Positions 1-11,250 of a stretch of 64,000 bases of DNA are shown one piece after another. The DNA comes from Torpedo marmorata (lineage: Eukaryota). The position numbers and the translations under genes are program-made. The stretch is taken from the NCBI GenBank assembly GCA_977017645.1, contig OZ360222.1:61256001-61320000 (forward strand), in the 5' to 3' direction. The notes under the pieces were generated by a model. The model saw only the letters and a list, made by a program, of their open reading frames with translations. It ran no database searches and had not been told where the DNA came from. Positions within the stretch are counted from its first letter, which is position 1. Each line of letters starts with the position of its first letter.

Positions 1-878
1 ACGAATCTTCTACTTTGTCCACTCTGTCTTTGTAGTCCACCAAATCTTCATCGTGTTCCTCAACCTTTTCTTCAATTTTCTTAACCCTCGATGACACTTT
101 ATCCACAATGATGGAATGCTTCTTCATATCCTCTTTAACAGCTTTTATTTCTTCCCTAATTGCTTTAAAACCATGTTGCATACGTTGATTCAGTGATGCA
201 ACTTCTTTTGTTAATCTGTCCATTGCTTCTATAGGTGACTTTGCTAACTCTTGCCCACCTAAAAGCATTGGAGCCTCCCCTTCATCACTTTCTTCTTCCT
301 CCCCCTCTCCCTCCATCTCTTGTAATCCTCCTTCCCATTCATGGTCTTCTTGTTCCTCTCTTCTTCTTTCCTCTAGATCTGCCGACGTTAGAATATCCTG
401 CTCAGCTTCATAGCTGAGCGTTAACGTTGATCTGTCACTGTCAGCTGTGGCTGACAGTTCTCGATCGTCTTCGCGCATGCGCGGCGGGTCCGCCGGAAGT
501 TGTGCGACCGGAAGTTGTAGTTCTTTACTACTCCGGGCCCCAGCGCCATTTTCCCCAGTTCCCCGGGAAGACGGCGTTGGTGCTCCAGGTACCTTCGCCG
601 TCTTCTTCTGCGTCGTCCGCGGGGGGAGAGGAGCTTGATGTCGAGGCTCCAACACTAAGGTAGGTCAATTTTTTTCCTGACCTAAACTTTCCCTAAACAC
701 TAATTTCTTTACTTTCCCTTCCTTCATTCTCTTACTAGACATCCCTGAACCTTTCTTCCACACTTTAACTTTATCTTAATAACTCTAACTTTCTTTTAGT
801 CTATTTTTAATTAATTCCGATGGGAGAGGTGTAATTACCCGTCTCCACCTCACGTCATCACGTGACACTCCCCCCCTC
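1..878 (-). mobile_element. 5' end of an L1/Tx1-type LINE (5' UTR plus disrupted ORF1 N-terminus and coiled coil), continuing left of the window
   Basis: Minus-strand translation of 1-200 gives a heptad coiled coil (NQRMQHGFKAIREEIKAVKEDMKKHSIIVDKVSSRVKKIEEKVEEH). A likely ORF1 ATG lies at 742 (MSSKRMKEGK). The element begins abruptly (GGGGGGAGTGTCACGTGATGACGTGAGG) right after an A-rich stretch in the Gypsy gag. Confidence 0.7.
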
Positions 879-2048
879 TCTTCTTTTTCAACACTGGACA
901 GCTTGCTAGCATATGACAAGCCTTCCTACAGTAGTGGCAAATGGGACCCGAAGCGTTTTCCCTTTTCCACTTTCCTTCATCTCTTTCCTTAACACCACTT
1001 CCAAATTTACTTTCCACTTGTTTGGGATTATCCACAGTGACCTTTTGGAAAATTCTGCCTGACGTCCACTTAGGCTTGTGGGTTAAAGCATATTCATCTG
1101 CTAACTTAGCTGAATTTTGCCAACTTTCACCTCCTTTTCATCTAAGTATGCCTTAATATCCTCAGGAACACACCTTTTTATCTCCTCAATTATTATCAAT
1201 TCTCTCAATTGATTGTAATCATTGTTTACCGCCTTAGATGTGCACCACCGGTCAAAACACACAACCTTTTCATAGGCAAACTCTGTGTAAGATTGGGTTG
1301 CTGATCTTTTTAAATTTCTAAACTTCTGTCTATAAGCCTCTGGAACTAACTCATAAGCCTGGAGTATAGCCTTTTTCATCATTTCATAATCAGCAGCTTT
1401 CTCTGTGGTAAGAGTAGAATAAGCTTGCTGAGCTTTTCCTTTTATTACACTTTGTAACATAAGAGACCATTGGTCTTGTGGCCATTTTAATTTCACAGCC
1501 ACCTTCTCAAAATGTTGGAAGTACTTATCTATTTTCGCCTCCTCAAATATAGGAACCAACCTAACTTCTCTACTGGCCAAAAACCTCTCAACAGGATGAC
1601 GAATTTGATCTTGGTGCTCTTCTTGTCTCCTCTCATTTTCCAACTTAATCTTTTCCAGCTCATATTGCCTAATTTTCTCCTCATTCTCTAATCTCTTTTG
1701 TTCTCTGTCTGCCTCCAAGTCTAATCTCTTTTGTTCCAATTCCCTGTCTAATTTCTTTTGTTCCCTGGCTACCTCCAAGTCTAATCTCTTTTGTTCCAAT
1801 TCCAATTTCTTTAGTTCCAACTGTTTGTTTTCAGAAGGTTTACCCTTGGGAAACTGCTCTAACACACTCTCTTCAAACTTTTTTCCTTTTGTATAGTATT
1901 TGACAATTTTTCTCCCAATCTCTGCCTTTTTCATTGATGGTTTTACAGAAGCAATGCCCAACTCTGTTACTATAGCCACTAACTGTTCCTTTTTAGCCTT
2001 TTTTAAAGTATCAGGTTCAGGTGATTCCAAAAAAATTTCTACATCCAT
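879..2048 (-). pseudogene. gag: Gypsy (Gmr1-like) gag with SCAN-like capsid domain and CCHC zinc knuckle; frameshifted near 1130 and cut by the L1 insertion
   Basis: ORF 1101-2078 contains YFQHFEKVA..KWP..QW..LQSVIKGKAQQAY..YELVPEAYRQKFRNL..RWC..LRELIIIEE. ORF 850-1035 contains CHYCRKACHMLASC (CX2CX4HX4C). Confidence 0.88.
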
Positions 2049-2161
2049 TGTTGGTGGGTTTTTTTTTGGTGCACACACACTAGCTTTTAATTAGCTTTAC
2101 AAAAGGAATGTCTTAAACCAGACTGGGATTCCTTCAATTACCAAGATGGATCTTGATTCAA

Positions 2162-2180
2162 ATCCTATGACGAGCCCCCA
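2162..2180 (-). promoter_or_regulatory. Primer-binding site complementary to the tRNA-Pro 3' end
   Basis: Minus strand reads TGTAACA-aat-TGGGGGCTCGTC(ATAGGAT). The first 12 nt match the canonical Pro PBS TGGGGGCTCGTCCGGGAT, 3 nt after the LTR end. Confidence 0.88.
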
Positions 2181-2183
2181 ATT

Positions 2184-2317
2184 TGTTACAAATTCAAACC
2201 AACAATGACAGAAGACGTAATGCAAAGGGGGTAAAATTGAAATTTATATTTATTAAAAACAATTAATCATATAATTTCACAACAATTAACCCCACTATAA
2301 ACACTATTCTTATCTAA

Positions 2318-2375
<58 letters not shown>

Positions 2376-3069
2376 GCCCAGACCATTACAGTCTGTGCCC
2401 AACCCTCATGTAAAAATAGAAAACCTTCCCCAAAACCCCCAGGTCAATCATAAAAATAAGTCAGTCCCAAAAATACAGTCCACAAAAATTCACTCTCTAT
2501 GTTCAGGGTCCAAATTCAGCTCCGTGTGCTGGCAAGAAGGACTTCTTAATGAACGTTGGAGAGAGAGACAATGATTGTTTAAGCTTACGAATGCTTGGCC
2601 TGCTTTTCTTCTCTGATGACTTTCCCTTTTGGTACATTCACGAGGATTGCGACTCCAAATCAGTATACCACTGATTGAGGCGTGTACTTGGATCTCACAG
2701 CCTGTCTCACTGATCTCACACCTGTTCTTCACAAAAGTTGCTTTAACTCAGGATTTTGCTGATACAGGAGGCCATGTGCTATTCTCCCATCCTTTTCCCC
2801 TGGGATGCACAAGTCTGGATGTTGCTATGTTCTCCAGCCTTTGCAACTCCAAACACAACTGAACCTCAATGCTTTTTGCAGAGGTTTGCACCTGCTTTTG
2901 CAAAAGTGCAACAAAGTATCCCTCCACATTCTGTCTCTCTCTCTGTGTGAGTACAAGAAGTCCTGGGCAAGTTAACTCTTTCAGTACTAGGTCCCAGTGT
3001 GTACTCCAAAGTACTTCATCCTTCCTGCTGACCGTCCGCAGTCCAAATGGTCAGTCATGGTCCATAACA
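2184..3069 (-). mobile_element. 5' LTR of the Gypsy element (~886 bp)
   Basis: Termini are TGTTATGG...TGTAACA on the minus strand, the PBS is adjacent, and L1 ORF2 coding sequence resumes exactly at 3070. Confidence 0.8.
2320..2372. repeat. (GT)n microsatellite inside the LTR
   Basis: Direct dinucleotide run. Confidence 0.97.
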
Positions 3070-5992
3070 GTCTGGACCTATGAATCCCTTGTTTAGAAGT
3101 TCCTTTTTGTAGTAAAGTATACATGGCTGAAGTGAATTTCTTTATATGTCTATTCCGAATCGAAATTTTAATATCACTAGATTTCGATAATTACATTGTT
3201 GGGCCCAATTTACCTCTTAAGTATGCTCTTAACTGAAAATAACAAAAAAGTGTACTATTCTGTATCCCATATTTATTTCTTAATTGTTCAAATGACATTA
3301 ATTTATCCCCTTCATAACAATCTTCTATGCATCTAATTCCTTTACGAGACCATATGTTTAAAAGTTGATTATCCATTGTAAAAGTAATAAGTTGATTTTG
3401 GATCAAAGACATTTTTGATAACAGAGGTCCCCTCATTTCATCATCAATGTTTATCTTATTCCAAATATTAATCAAATGTTTCAACAAAGGGGTTTCTCTC
3501 TCACCCGTTATTAATTTAGATTCCCATTTATATATAAAATCTTCTGGTATTTTCTCTCCTATCTTATCTAATTCTATTTTGATCCATGCCGACTTCTCTC
3601 CTTCTTCAAAGAAAGAAGCAATGAATCTCGTATGAGCTGCTTTATAATAATTCTTAAAATTTGGAAGCTGTAAGCCTCCCAACTCAAATTTCCATGTTAA
3701 TTTTTCTAAAGAAACCCTCGACATCTTGCTCTTCCAAAGAAACTTTCTTCTATATTTATTTAATTCTTGAAAAAACTTTTGTGGTAACAATATCGGTAAT
3801 GTTTGAAACAAATATTGTACTCTAGGAAATATATTCATTTTAACACAATTGACTCTACCCAATAATGTTATTGGTAACATCATCCATTTATTGAGAACTT
3901 CTCCAATTTTCTTCAGTAAAGGTAAATAGTTCAGTCTATATAAATTGTTTAAATTATTATCTACTTGTATACCTAAATATTTTATACCATTCATCAGCCA
4001 TTTAAATTGGGTTTCTCTTTGATACTGATTATAATCCCCTCTAGTGAGGGGCATAATTTCACTTTTATCCCAATTTATTTTATAACCCGATACTTTCCCA
4101 TATTCTTCCAGTCTTAAATATAATTTACATAATGAACTTACTGGTTCTGTCAAATAGATCAAAACATCATCAGCAAATAAATTAATTTTATATTCCTTTA
4201 ATATCAGGATCAGATCAGACCAATTCTGCAAGTGGTTCTATTGCTAAAATAAATACAGCTAGTGATAGCGGGCATCCTTGTCTACTTGATCTTGTTAACT
4301 GAAATGGTGCAGAGATCTGCCCATTTGTTACAACTTTAGCCTTGGGCTCATTATACAGAGCTTTAATCCAATTTACAAATGTCTGTCCAAACACATATTT
4401 TTCCAACACCTTAAATAAAAAGTCCCATTCCAATCTATCAAACGCCTTTTCTGCATCCAAAGCCACTGCTACACTTAAATCTCCCCTTTTCTGTGCCAAA
4501 TGTATTATACTAAATAATCTAGTTACATTATCTGCAGGTTGTCTCTATTTTACAAACCCTGTTTGATCCATATTTATCAATTTTGGTAAATATTCCGTCA
4601 ACCTATTTGATAAAATCTTTGCAATTATCTTATAATCTGCATTTAGCAACAAAATAGGCCTATACAATGACGTTTTTAAAGGGTCTCTATCCTTTTTTAG
4701 TATTACTGTTAATATCGCTGTAGAAAAGGATTCCGGGAGGGTATGTGTCTCTGCTGCTTGTTGCACTACCTCCATAAATGAAGGAATCAACAAATCTTTA
4801 AATTCTTTATAAAATTCAGGCGGAAAACCATCCTCTCCTGGAGATTTATTACTTTGTAATGAGCTCAATGCTTCGCCCACCTCTTTTGATGTAAAAATTG
4901 TTCTTGAGGTTTGCTCTGCTTTCAACTGCCAAGCAAGAACTTTATGGGCTCTCTCACCTAACTCATAGTATCTCTGTTTAATTTGCATTATTGCTTTTTC
5001 TGTTCTATATGTTTGTAATGTATTATATTGAAGTTTCTTACTAATAAGCCACCTACGTTTCTCCTCAGAGATCCGTCTTTGTGAATCTTTCTCTAAATAT
5101 GTTATCTCCTTCTCCAGTTGTTCTAGCTCCTTCATATATTCCTTCTTAATTTTCAAAGTATAACTTATAATTTGTCCTCTTAGATAAGCTTTCATCGCAT
5201 CCCATAGAATAAATTTATTATTAACCGAGTTAGAGATTGTCTCAAAAAAGAATTAAATTTGCCTTCTAATTAAATCACAAAAGTCTGGTCTTTTTAACAA
5301 CGTTGAATTAAATCTCCATCTATAGACTAATTCTTCTTTATCCAACCTTATGATTGTCATTAACAAAGGTGAATGATCTGATAATATTCTAGCTTTATAA
5401 TCCGCCTGTTTAATTCTACCTTGAAGATGTGCTGATATTAAAATTAAATCTATCCTCGAATAGGAGTCATGCCTCTTTGAATAAAATGAGTAATCTCTTT
5501 CCCTTGGGTAGATTCTTCTCCATGCATCTATTAAGTTCAAATCTTTCATTAATATCAAGGTTGCTTTCGCTGCTTTTGTTCTTGTTATAACTGTAGTTGA
5601 TCTATCTAAAACTGGATCCAAACAAATAAATTTTTCATCATCCACATTCGGTGCATATATATTCATAAAAGTCCATAATTCAGAAAAAGATTTGACAGTG
5701 TACTACCACGTATTTCCCTGCAGGGTTAATTATTATATTCTGTATCTTGACCGGAAGAGTTTTCTTTATCAAGATTGCCACCCCTCTTGCTTTTGAATTA
5801 AATGAAGATGCTGTAACATACCCTACCCAATCTCTCTTTAATTTCTGGTGCTCTGTTTCAGTTAAATGGGTCTCTTGCAAAAAACGCTATGTCTACTTTC
5901 ATTTTCTTAATATATGTCAATATTCTTTTTCTCTCCACCGGTCCATTTAGCCCGTTAACATTAAAACTTAAGAAATTTAATGTATTACTCAT
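3070..5992 (-). pseudogene. L1/Tx1-type ORF2 (APE endonuclease plus reverse transcriptase) with frameshifts, stops and internal deletions
   Basis: Starts MSNTLNFLSFNVNGLNG at 5992. Motifs: QETHL, NIYAPN, YSRID, SDHSP, KSPGEDG, YRPI.LLN.DYKI, DQTGFV, LDAEKAFD, RQGCPLS, FADD, KYLG. Confidence 0.93.
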
Positions 5993-6324
5993 TGATAAAT
6001 TTGATTCATGTCTATGATATTTCCCCCTCACCTCTCTCCTTGCACCTCCCTGAGAATCCTATATTTATAATCTACCATGTTACAGTGCGTCCTCCTCAAC
6101 CATCCAGGTAAAAAGAAAAGAAAAGAGTTATATAAAGAACAACAAAAAAAACCCTATTAATGTTACTTAAATAATTCGCAACACTACCCCCCTCCATTTT
6201 ACGGGTTGTGGCTTCTGCCACAAATACACACATGATTCCGTAGTAGTCAGTCCATATCCTCTCCAACCCCCGGATGTTTACCAGATATAGATCCATCTTT
6301 AACATCATTGTTGATCAAAAACTT

Positions 6325-7090
6325 TTACAATTCTGCCTGCTGGTCGTCCGCCTGTCCGTTATCTGGTAACGTGTTCACGTATTCCTCTGCATGTGCATAA
6401 TTTGAGAAAAATTTATTTTCCCCCGTTCGTAAGAAAATCTTCAGAGTAGCAGGATGTCGTAAAACAAATCTATAACCTTTTTTCCACAGGGCTTGCTTCA
6501 CATTGTTAAATTCTTTTCTTCTTTTCAACAACTCAAAACTTATATCAGGATAAAAGAAAATCTTGTTTGCACCAAACTCCAATGGGCCTTTTCTCGCTTT
6601 AGCTCTTTGCACTGCTGCTGCTAATATTTTCTCTCTACCTTGCTAACAAAGACATTTTATCAATATTGATCTTGGTTTTTGATCTGGTGGTGGCCGTGGT
6701 CTCATTTTGTATTCCCAGAACTTCCGGGATCCAATTTTGAAAAGACTTTATCGGTTCTTCACCTTCTTCACCTTCTTAAGGCCAACAATTTTAATATTAT
6801 TTTGTCTACTGAAGTTTTCTAATAAGTCTATTTTTCCCAGAGTTGTTTTCTTTCATTAACCCATGCATCTGTAGTATTTTCCATATGTCCCATTCTCTCT
6901 CGCACTTCTTCCATTTCGATCTCCAGATTTTTAACTTTATCATCAACTATGTCCAATTTATTTTGCACTTTCATTCCCATATCAAAATATTTCTTCCTTT
7001 CTACTCTCATTTCTCTTAGTTCTTTCATTAATTGTACAGATGTATATTATTCTTCTCCTTTCAGCTTAAGTTTCCTACCTTTATCTTTGG
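6325..7090 (-). pseudogene. L1 ORF1 (coiled coil, RRM and C-terminal domain), 5'-truncated
   Basis: Coiled-coil ORF 6828-7028, then ENFSRQNNIKIVGL, and a CTD-like FFYPDISFELLKRRKEF..LRHPATLKI. Lies upstream of ORF2 with a ~330-bp spacer. Confidence 0.85.
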
Positions 7091-8230
7091 AAACTTGTAG
7101 ATGGCATTGGAATTGTGCCTGGCCACACAGTCATGGGTGTACAACGAGTAGAGCAGTGGACTAAGCATGCATCCTTGGGGGTGTGCCTGTGTTGATAATC
7201 AGTGAGGAGGAGACTTTGTTTCCAATTTGTACTGACTTTGGTCTTCCGATGAGAAAGTCAAGGATCCAGTTGCAGAGTGGGATACAGAGGCCTAGAGTTC
7301 TTGACCAGCACTGAGGGAATAATAGTATTGAAGGCCGAGCTGTAGTCGATGAAGAGCAGCCGTAAGTATGAATTGCTGTTTTCGAGGTGATCCAGAGCTG
7401 AGTGGAGAGCCAGCGATATTGCATCTGCTGTGGAGCGATTGTGACGATAGGCAAATTGCAGTGGGTCCAGATCTTTGCTTAGGTATGTGTTAATTCTGGC
7501 CATGACCAGCCTCTCAAAGCATTTCATCACAGTAGAAGTTAGTGCTACTGGGCGGTAGTCGTTGAGGCAGCCCACACTACTCTTCTTGGGTACTGGGATG
7601 ATTGATGCCCTTTTGAAGCAGGTGGGATCCTCTGACTGCCGCAATGAGAGGTTGAAAATGTCCGTGAACACTCCAGCTAGTTGGTTGGCGCAGATTTTCA
7701 GTACCCTGCCAGGTACGCCGTCAGGGCCTGACGCCTTGCGAGGGTTCACCCTCTTGAATGATGTTCTGACGTCGCCCTCAGAGACAGATATCACAGGGTC
7801 CTCAGCCTTTTCAGGGATTCTAGTAGGCACTATTTTGTTATTCTTCTCAAAGCGGGCATAGAAGGTGTTCAGCTCATCGGGTAGTGAAGCATCACAGCCA
7901 TCTATAGTGTTCGCCCTCGCTTTGTAGGCTGTAATGGCCTGCACTCCCTGCCATAGCTGGCGTGTATCTGTCTCTGTCTCTAGCTTCCTCCGGAATTGCC
8001 ACTTTGCTTCAGAGATGGCCTTCCGCAGGTCGTGCCTGGACTTTTTGTAAAGATCCCGGTCCCCGGCCTTAAACGCCCTTGTTCTCGTCCTCAGCAGGTT
8101 GCGAATTCTCTGATTCATCCAGGGCTTCTGGTTGGGGAACACCTGGTATTTGCACGCAGGTCTTGATGAAGTCGGTGACACCTGTTGCATATTCATTTAG
8201 GTCTATGGCTGAGTGCTTGAATATGTTCAT
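7090..8230 (-). mobile_element. Rex1/Babar-type LINE reverse-transcriptase fragment
   Basis: [77 protein letters not shown]. Confidence 0.9.
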
Positions 8231-9109
8231 AATGACAGGACTGGGATGATCAAATAACTGCCATAAAGAATATATACCATCATAGTTTGCTGAAACCTAT
8301 GGTGTCAATACTTCCAGCTGAACTGATTTATTTTACATACAGGTGTTTGCAACACATCTAATGCTAGATGTAACACATTTATCTTAGTTCAAACACATTG
8401 CGATAGAAAATGGCTCCCTAACCATTTGAGCCACTGCAGTTCAGGGCAAAAGTATTGTGTCTTTTTGCTGTTACACATATATAATTCTTGTAAAAATCTG
8501 ACAAGAGTACCAAGAATAGTCGCATGTGATGTTGCCGGTAAGGGATTAATCTGGAATTATGCTTTCCTTGAAATTTACCTGAAACCTTTCAACATACTCA
8601 TTTGAACAAATGTGGAATTTTCAATGGATCAATTTTGCCTTGTTTTTGTTCATTTTGGTGCCTTTCTGTGTGCTCCCCTTGGGTGTTCATTTTTCTTTTC
8701 TGTTCACGCAATCTTATCTCTTCTTTTCATAATTCCACATCTATCTCTGACCAAATGACCCAATCTTCCAGCAATCAGTCATCCCATTTTGGGATGGGCA
8801 AGCCGCATAGGAATGGGTGTAGACCATTTATCCCCTCAAGTCTGTGCTATCTGGTATGATCATGGCAGATCTATGACCGACCCACATGAGGATTTTCAGA
8901 ATTAGAATTTAGAATTTATTGTCATGAACAAGTCATGAAATTCGGTGTTTCTATTACCTAAAATATATTAATTTCACATTTAAAAATTGCCTTGATATCT
9001 GTGGCATTTTTGAAGTTTCTGTCTGTCTGTGCAAAAGCTCCTTATCTTTGAACATGAAACTCCAAACGTTAGGTTATGTTCCCTGTTCCAAAACATCTCA
9101 ACCTGCCAA

Positions 9110-11250
9110 AATAACATGATAGGGTATAACAGTGGAAGATTTCAACTTCCACAATATTATCTGGGATCTGACTGTTAAATGCGGGGAGGGGGGCTGTTAA
9201 ATATGGGGAGGGGGGTCAGAATTTTTAAAGTGCATCCAGTCGAGGTTTTAGATCCACTTTGCAGAAAGTCCTAAAAGAGGAGTAATGCTGAATCTACTCT
9301 GAGGGAAAATAGTTGGGCAGGTGGAGGGAATGTTCAGAGAAGCTGAATATGGAGAGAGAGAGAACATAACTCCTAGAGACCCTTTGGTCCACCAAATCCA
9401 TGCTGAACATTGTGAACATTGTACCCATCTTCCTATAATCCTTCCTATAATTTTGTATATCTCTATAGGGTCACCCTCAACCTCCTCTGCTTCAAGGAAG
9501 AATAAAACCTTCTAAAGGTTGTTATGGAGAATGACAAGAATCAACAAGAAATTAAAGAATTGGAGAAAGGCTGATTTTAGTATGAAAAGACAAGACCTGG
9601 CAAAAGTGGACAGTGAGCAGTTACTTGCAGATTAACCTATGGGCAACCAGAGGGAGGCATTCAATACTGAAAAAGTAGAAGCTTCGGGTCAACATTTTCC
9701 CATAATGGTGAAAGATAAGGCCTGCAAGTCTAAGGAAGTCTGGATGTCAAGGAACATTGAAGGAATGTAAATCAAATATAGCTAGTGGCAGGTTTAGAAA
9801 ACAGAATACATGTGAAGTTCATGGGAGTTTAGATTGTGTAGAGGGATATTTTGAACATTTGGAGGGTGAAGCATGCATAGATGGCACTGGCAGGCAAGAG
9901 TAAGGAAACCCCAAAACATTTTACAGGTATATTAAGAGCAAAAGAGTAACAAGGCAAAGAGTATGGCCCATAAGGAACCAATGTGGCAATAATTGCATGG
10001 AGCTTGGATAAAGTCATAAATGAATACTTCTCATTGTAATCACAATTGAGAAAGATATTATGGTTTTAGAATTCAGGCAGGGGGTGATGGAATTCCAGAA
10101 CAAATTAACATACATGCCCTCTTCAGACCATGATCCCGGTAGATCACATCAAAGTTGGGGAGGGAGACTCTAGTGATCCTCTCTGCCACTCTTATGGTCC
10201 TGTGGATTGTCATCTGATCCATTTCTCTGCAGCAACAGTACCACACTGTGATACAGCCGGCCAGGACGCTCTTGATAGATCTCTTTGTAGAAGGTTGACA
10301 TGATAGTGGCTGGTAGCATTGTCTGCTTCATTCTTCTCAGCAAGTGCAGAAGCTGTTGTGCCTTCCTGACAAGTGAGGAGATGTTGTGTGTCTACGATAG
10401 GTCACTAGTTAAATGGACTCAATGTAACTTGATGCTCTCTACTCTCTCCACTACAGAGTTATTAATGCTTAGTGGAGGGTGGTGGTTCCTGGTCCACCTG
10501 AAGTCCACGATCATCTCCTTCATCTTATCCACGTTGAGACTTAGGTTGTTACTCTCGCACCATATCACAAGATTTTTCACCTCTTCTCTGTAGTGTGACT
10601 CATTGTTGTTGCTGATGAGGCCAACTATTGTTGTGTCATCTGCAAATTTAATTACACTGTTGGATCTGGATCTGGCAATGCAGTTGTGGGTCAGTAGCGT
10701 GAACAGGAGTGGGCAGAGCACACAGCCCTGAGGTGCGCCAGTGCTCAGCATGACGGTGCTCGCCGTTCTGCTGCCAACCCGGACAGACTGTGGTCTTTCC
10801 GTTAGGAAGTCCAGAATCCAGTTACAGAAAGAATGCAGGATAATTGGCTTTATTAGCTTGGGAACATAATTTAGAGCAGGGAAGTTATGCCACAACTTAA
10901 ATCAATAGTTCAGTGGCAGGTGGAGTATTATTTGAAAGACTGGTCACCATACCATAGAAAGAATGGGATTGGACTGGCAACAGGGTGGAGGATATTCACC
11001 AGGATGTTGCCTGAATTGGAACAATTTGGTTTGAATGGAGACTGGACAAGATTAGTTTGTTTCCTTTGGAGCTCAGAAAACGGAGGCATGGCCCAAAATT
11101 AGAAGGAGCATAGATAAAGGAACGTTTCCCCTTAGCAGTGGCCTTATGTTTAGAGATAGGATATTTAAGGGGGAAATCACCCAGAAGGCGGTTGCAATCC
11201 GGAAAGCATTGTTGGGGCGATGGGGGCAGGTGCTCTCGGGACGTTACACA
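9110..11250 (+). mobile_element. Degraded CR1-type LINE, interrupted by a Rex1 insertion
   Basis: Decayed GDFNF..I.W endonuclease motif near 9135 and K..PK.FYRYIKSKR near 9905. CR1-like 3' sequence (TTCACCAGGATGTTGCCTG) resumes after 10840. Confidence 0.65.
10112..10830 (-). mobile_element. Rex1/Babar-type LINE RT fragment
   Basis: [51 protein letters not shown]. Confidence 0.88.

Noticed and set aside
2323-2574. ORFs with CVCV, THTH or YIYI runs (also near 24105 and 33678)
   Set aside because: Translations of microsatellites.
9171-9215. 22-bp tandem duplication with G-runs
   Set aside because: Local slippage inside a dead CR1 copy.
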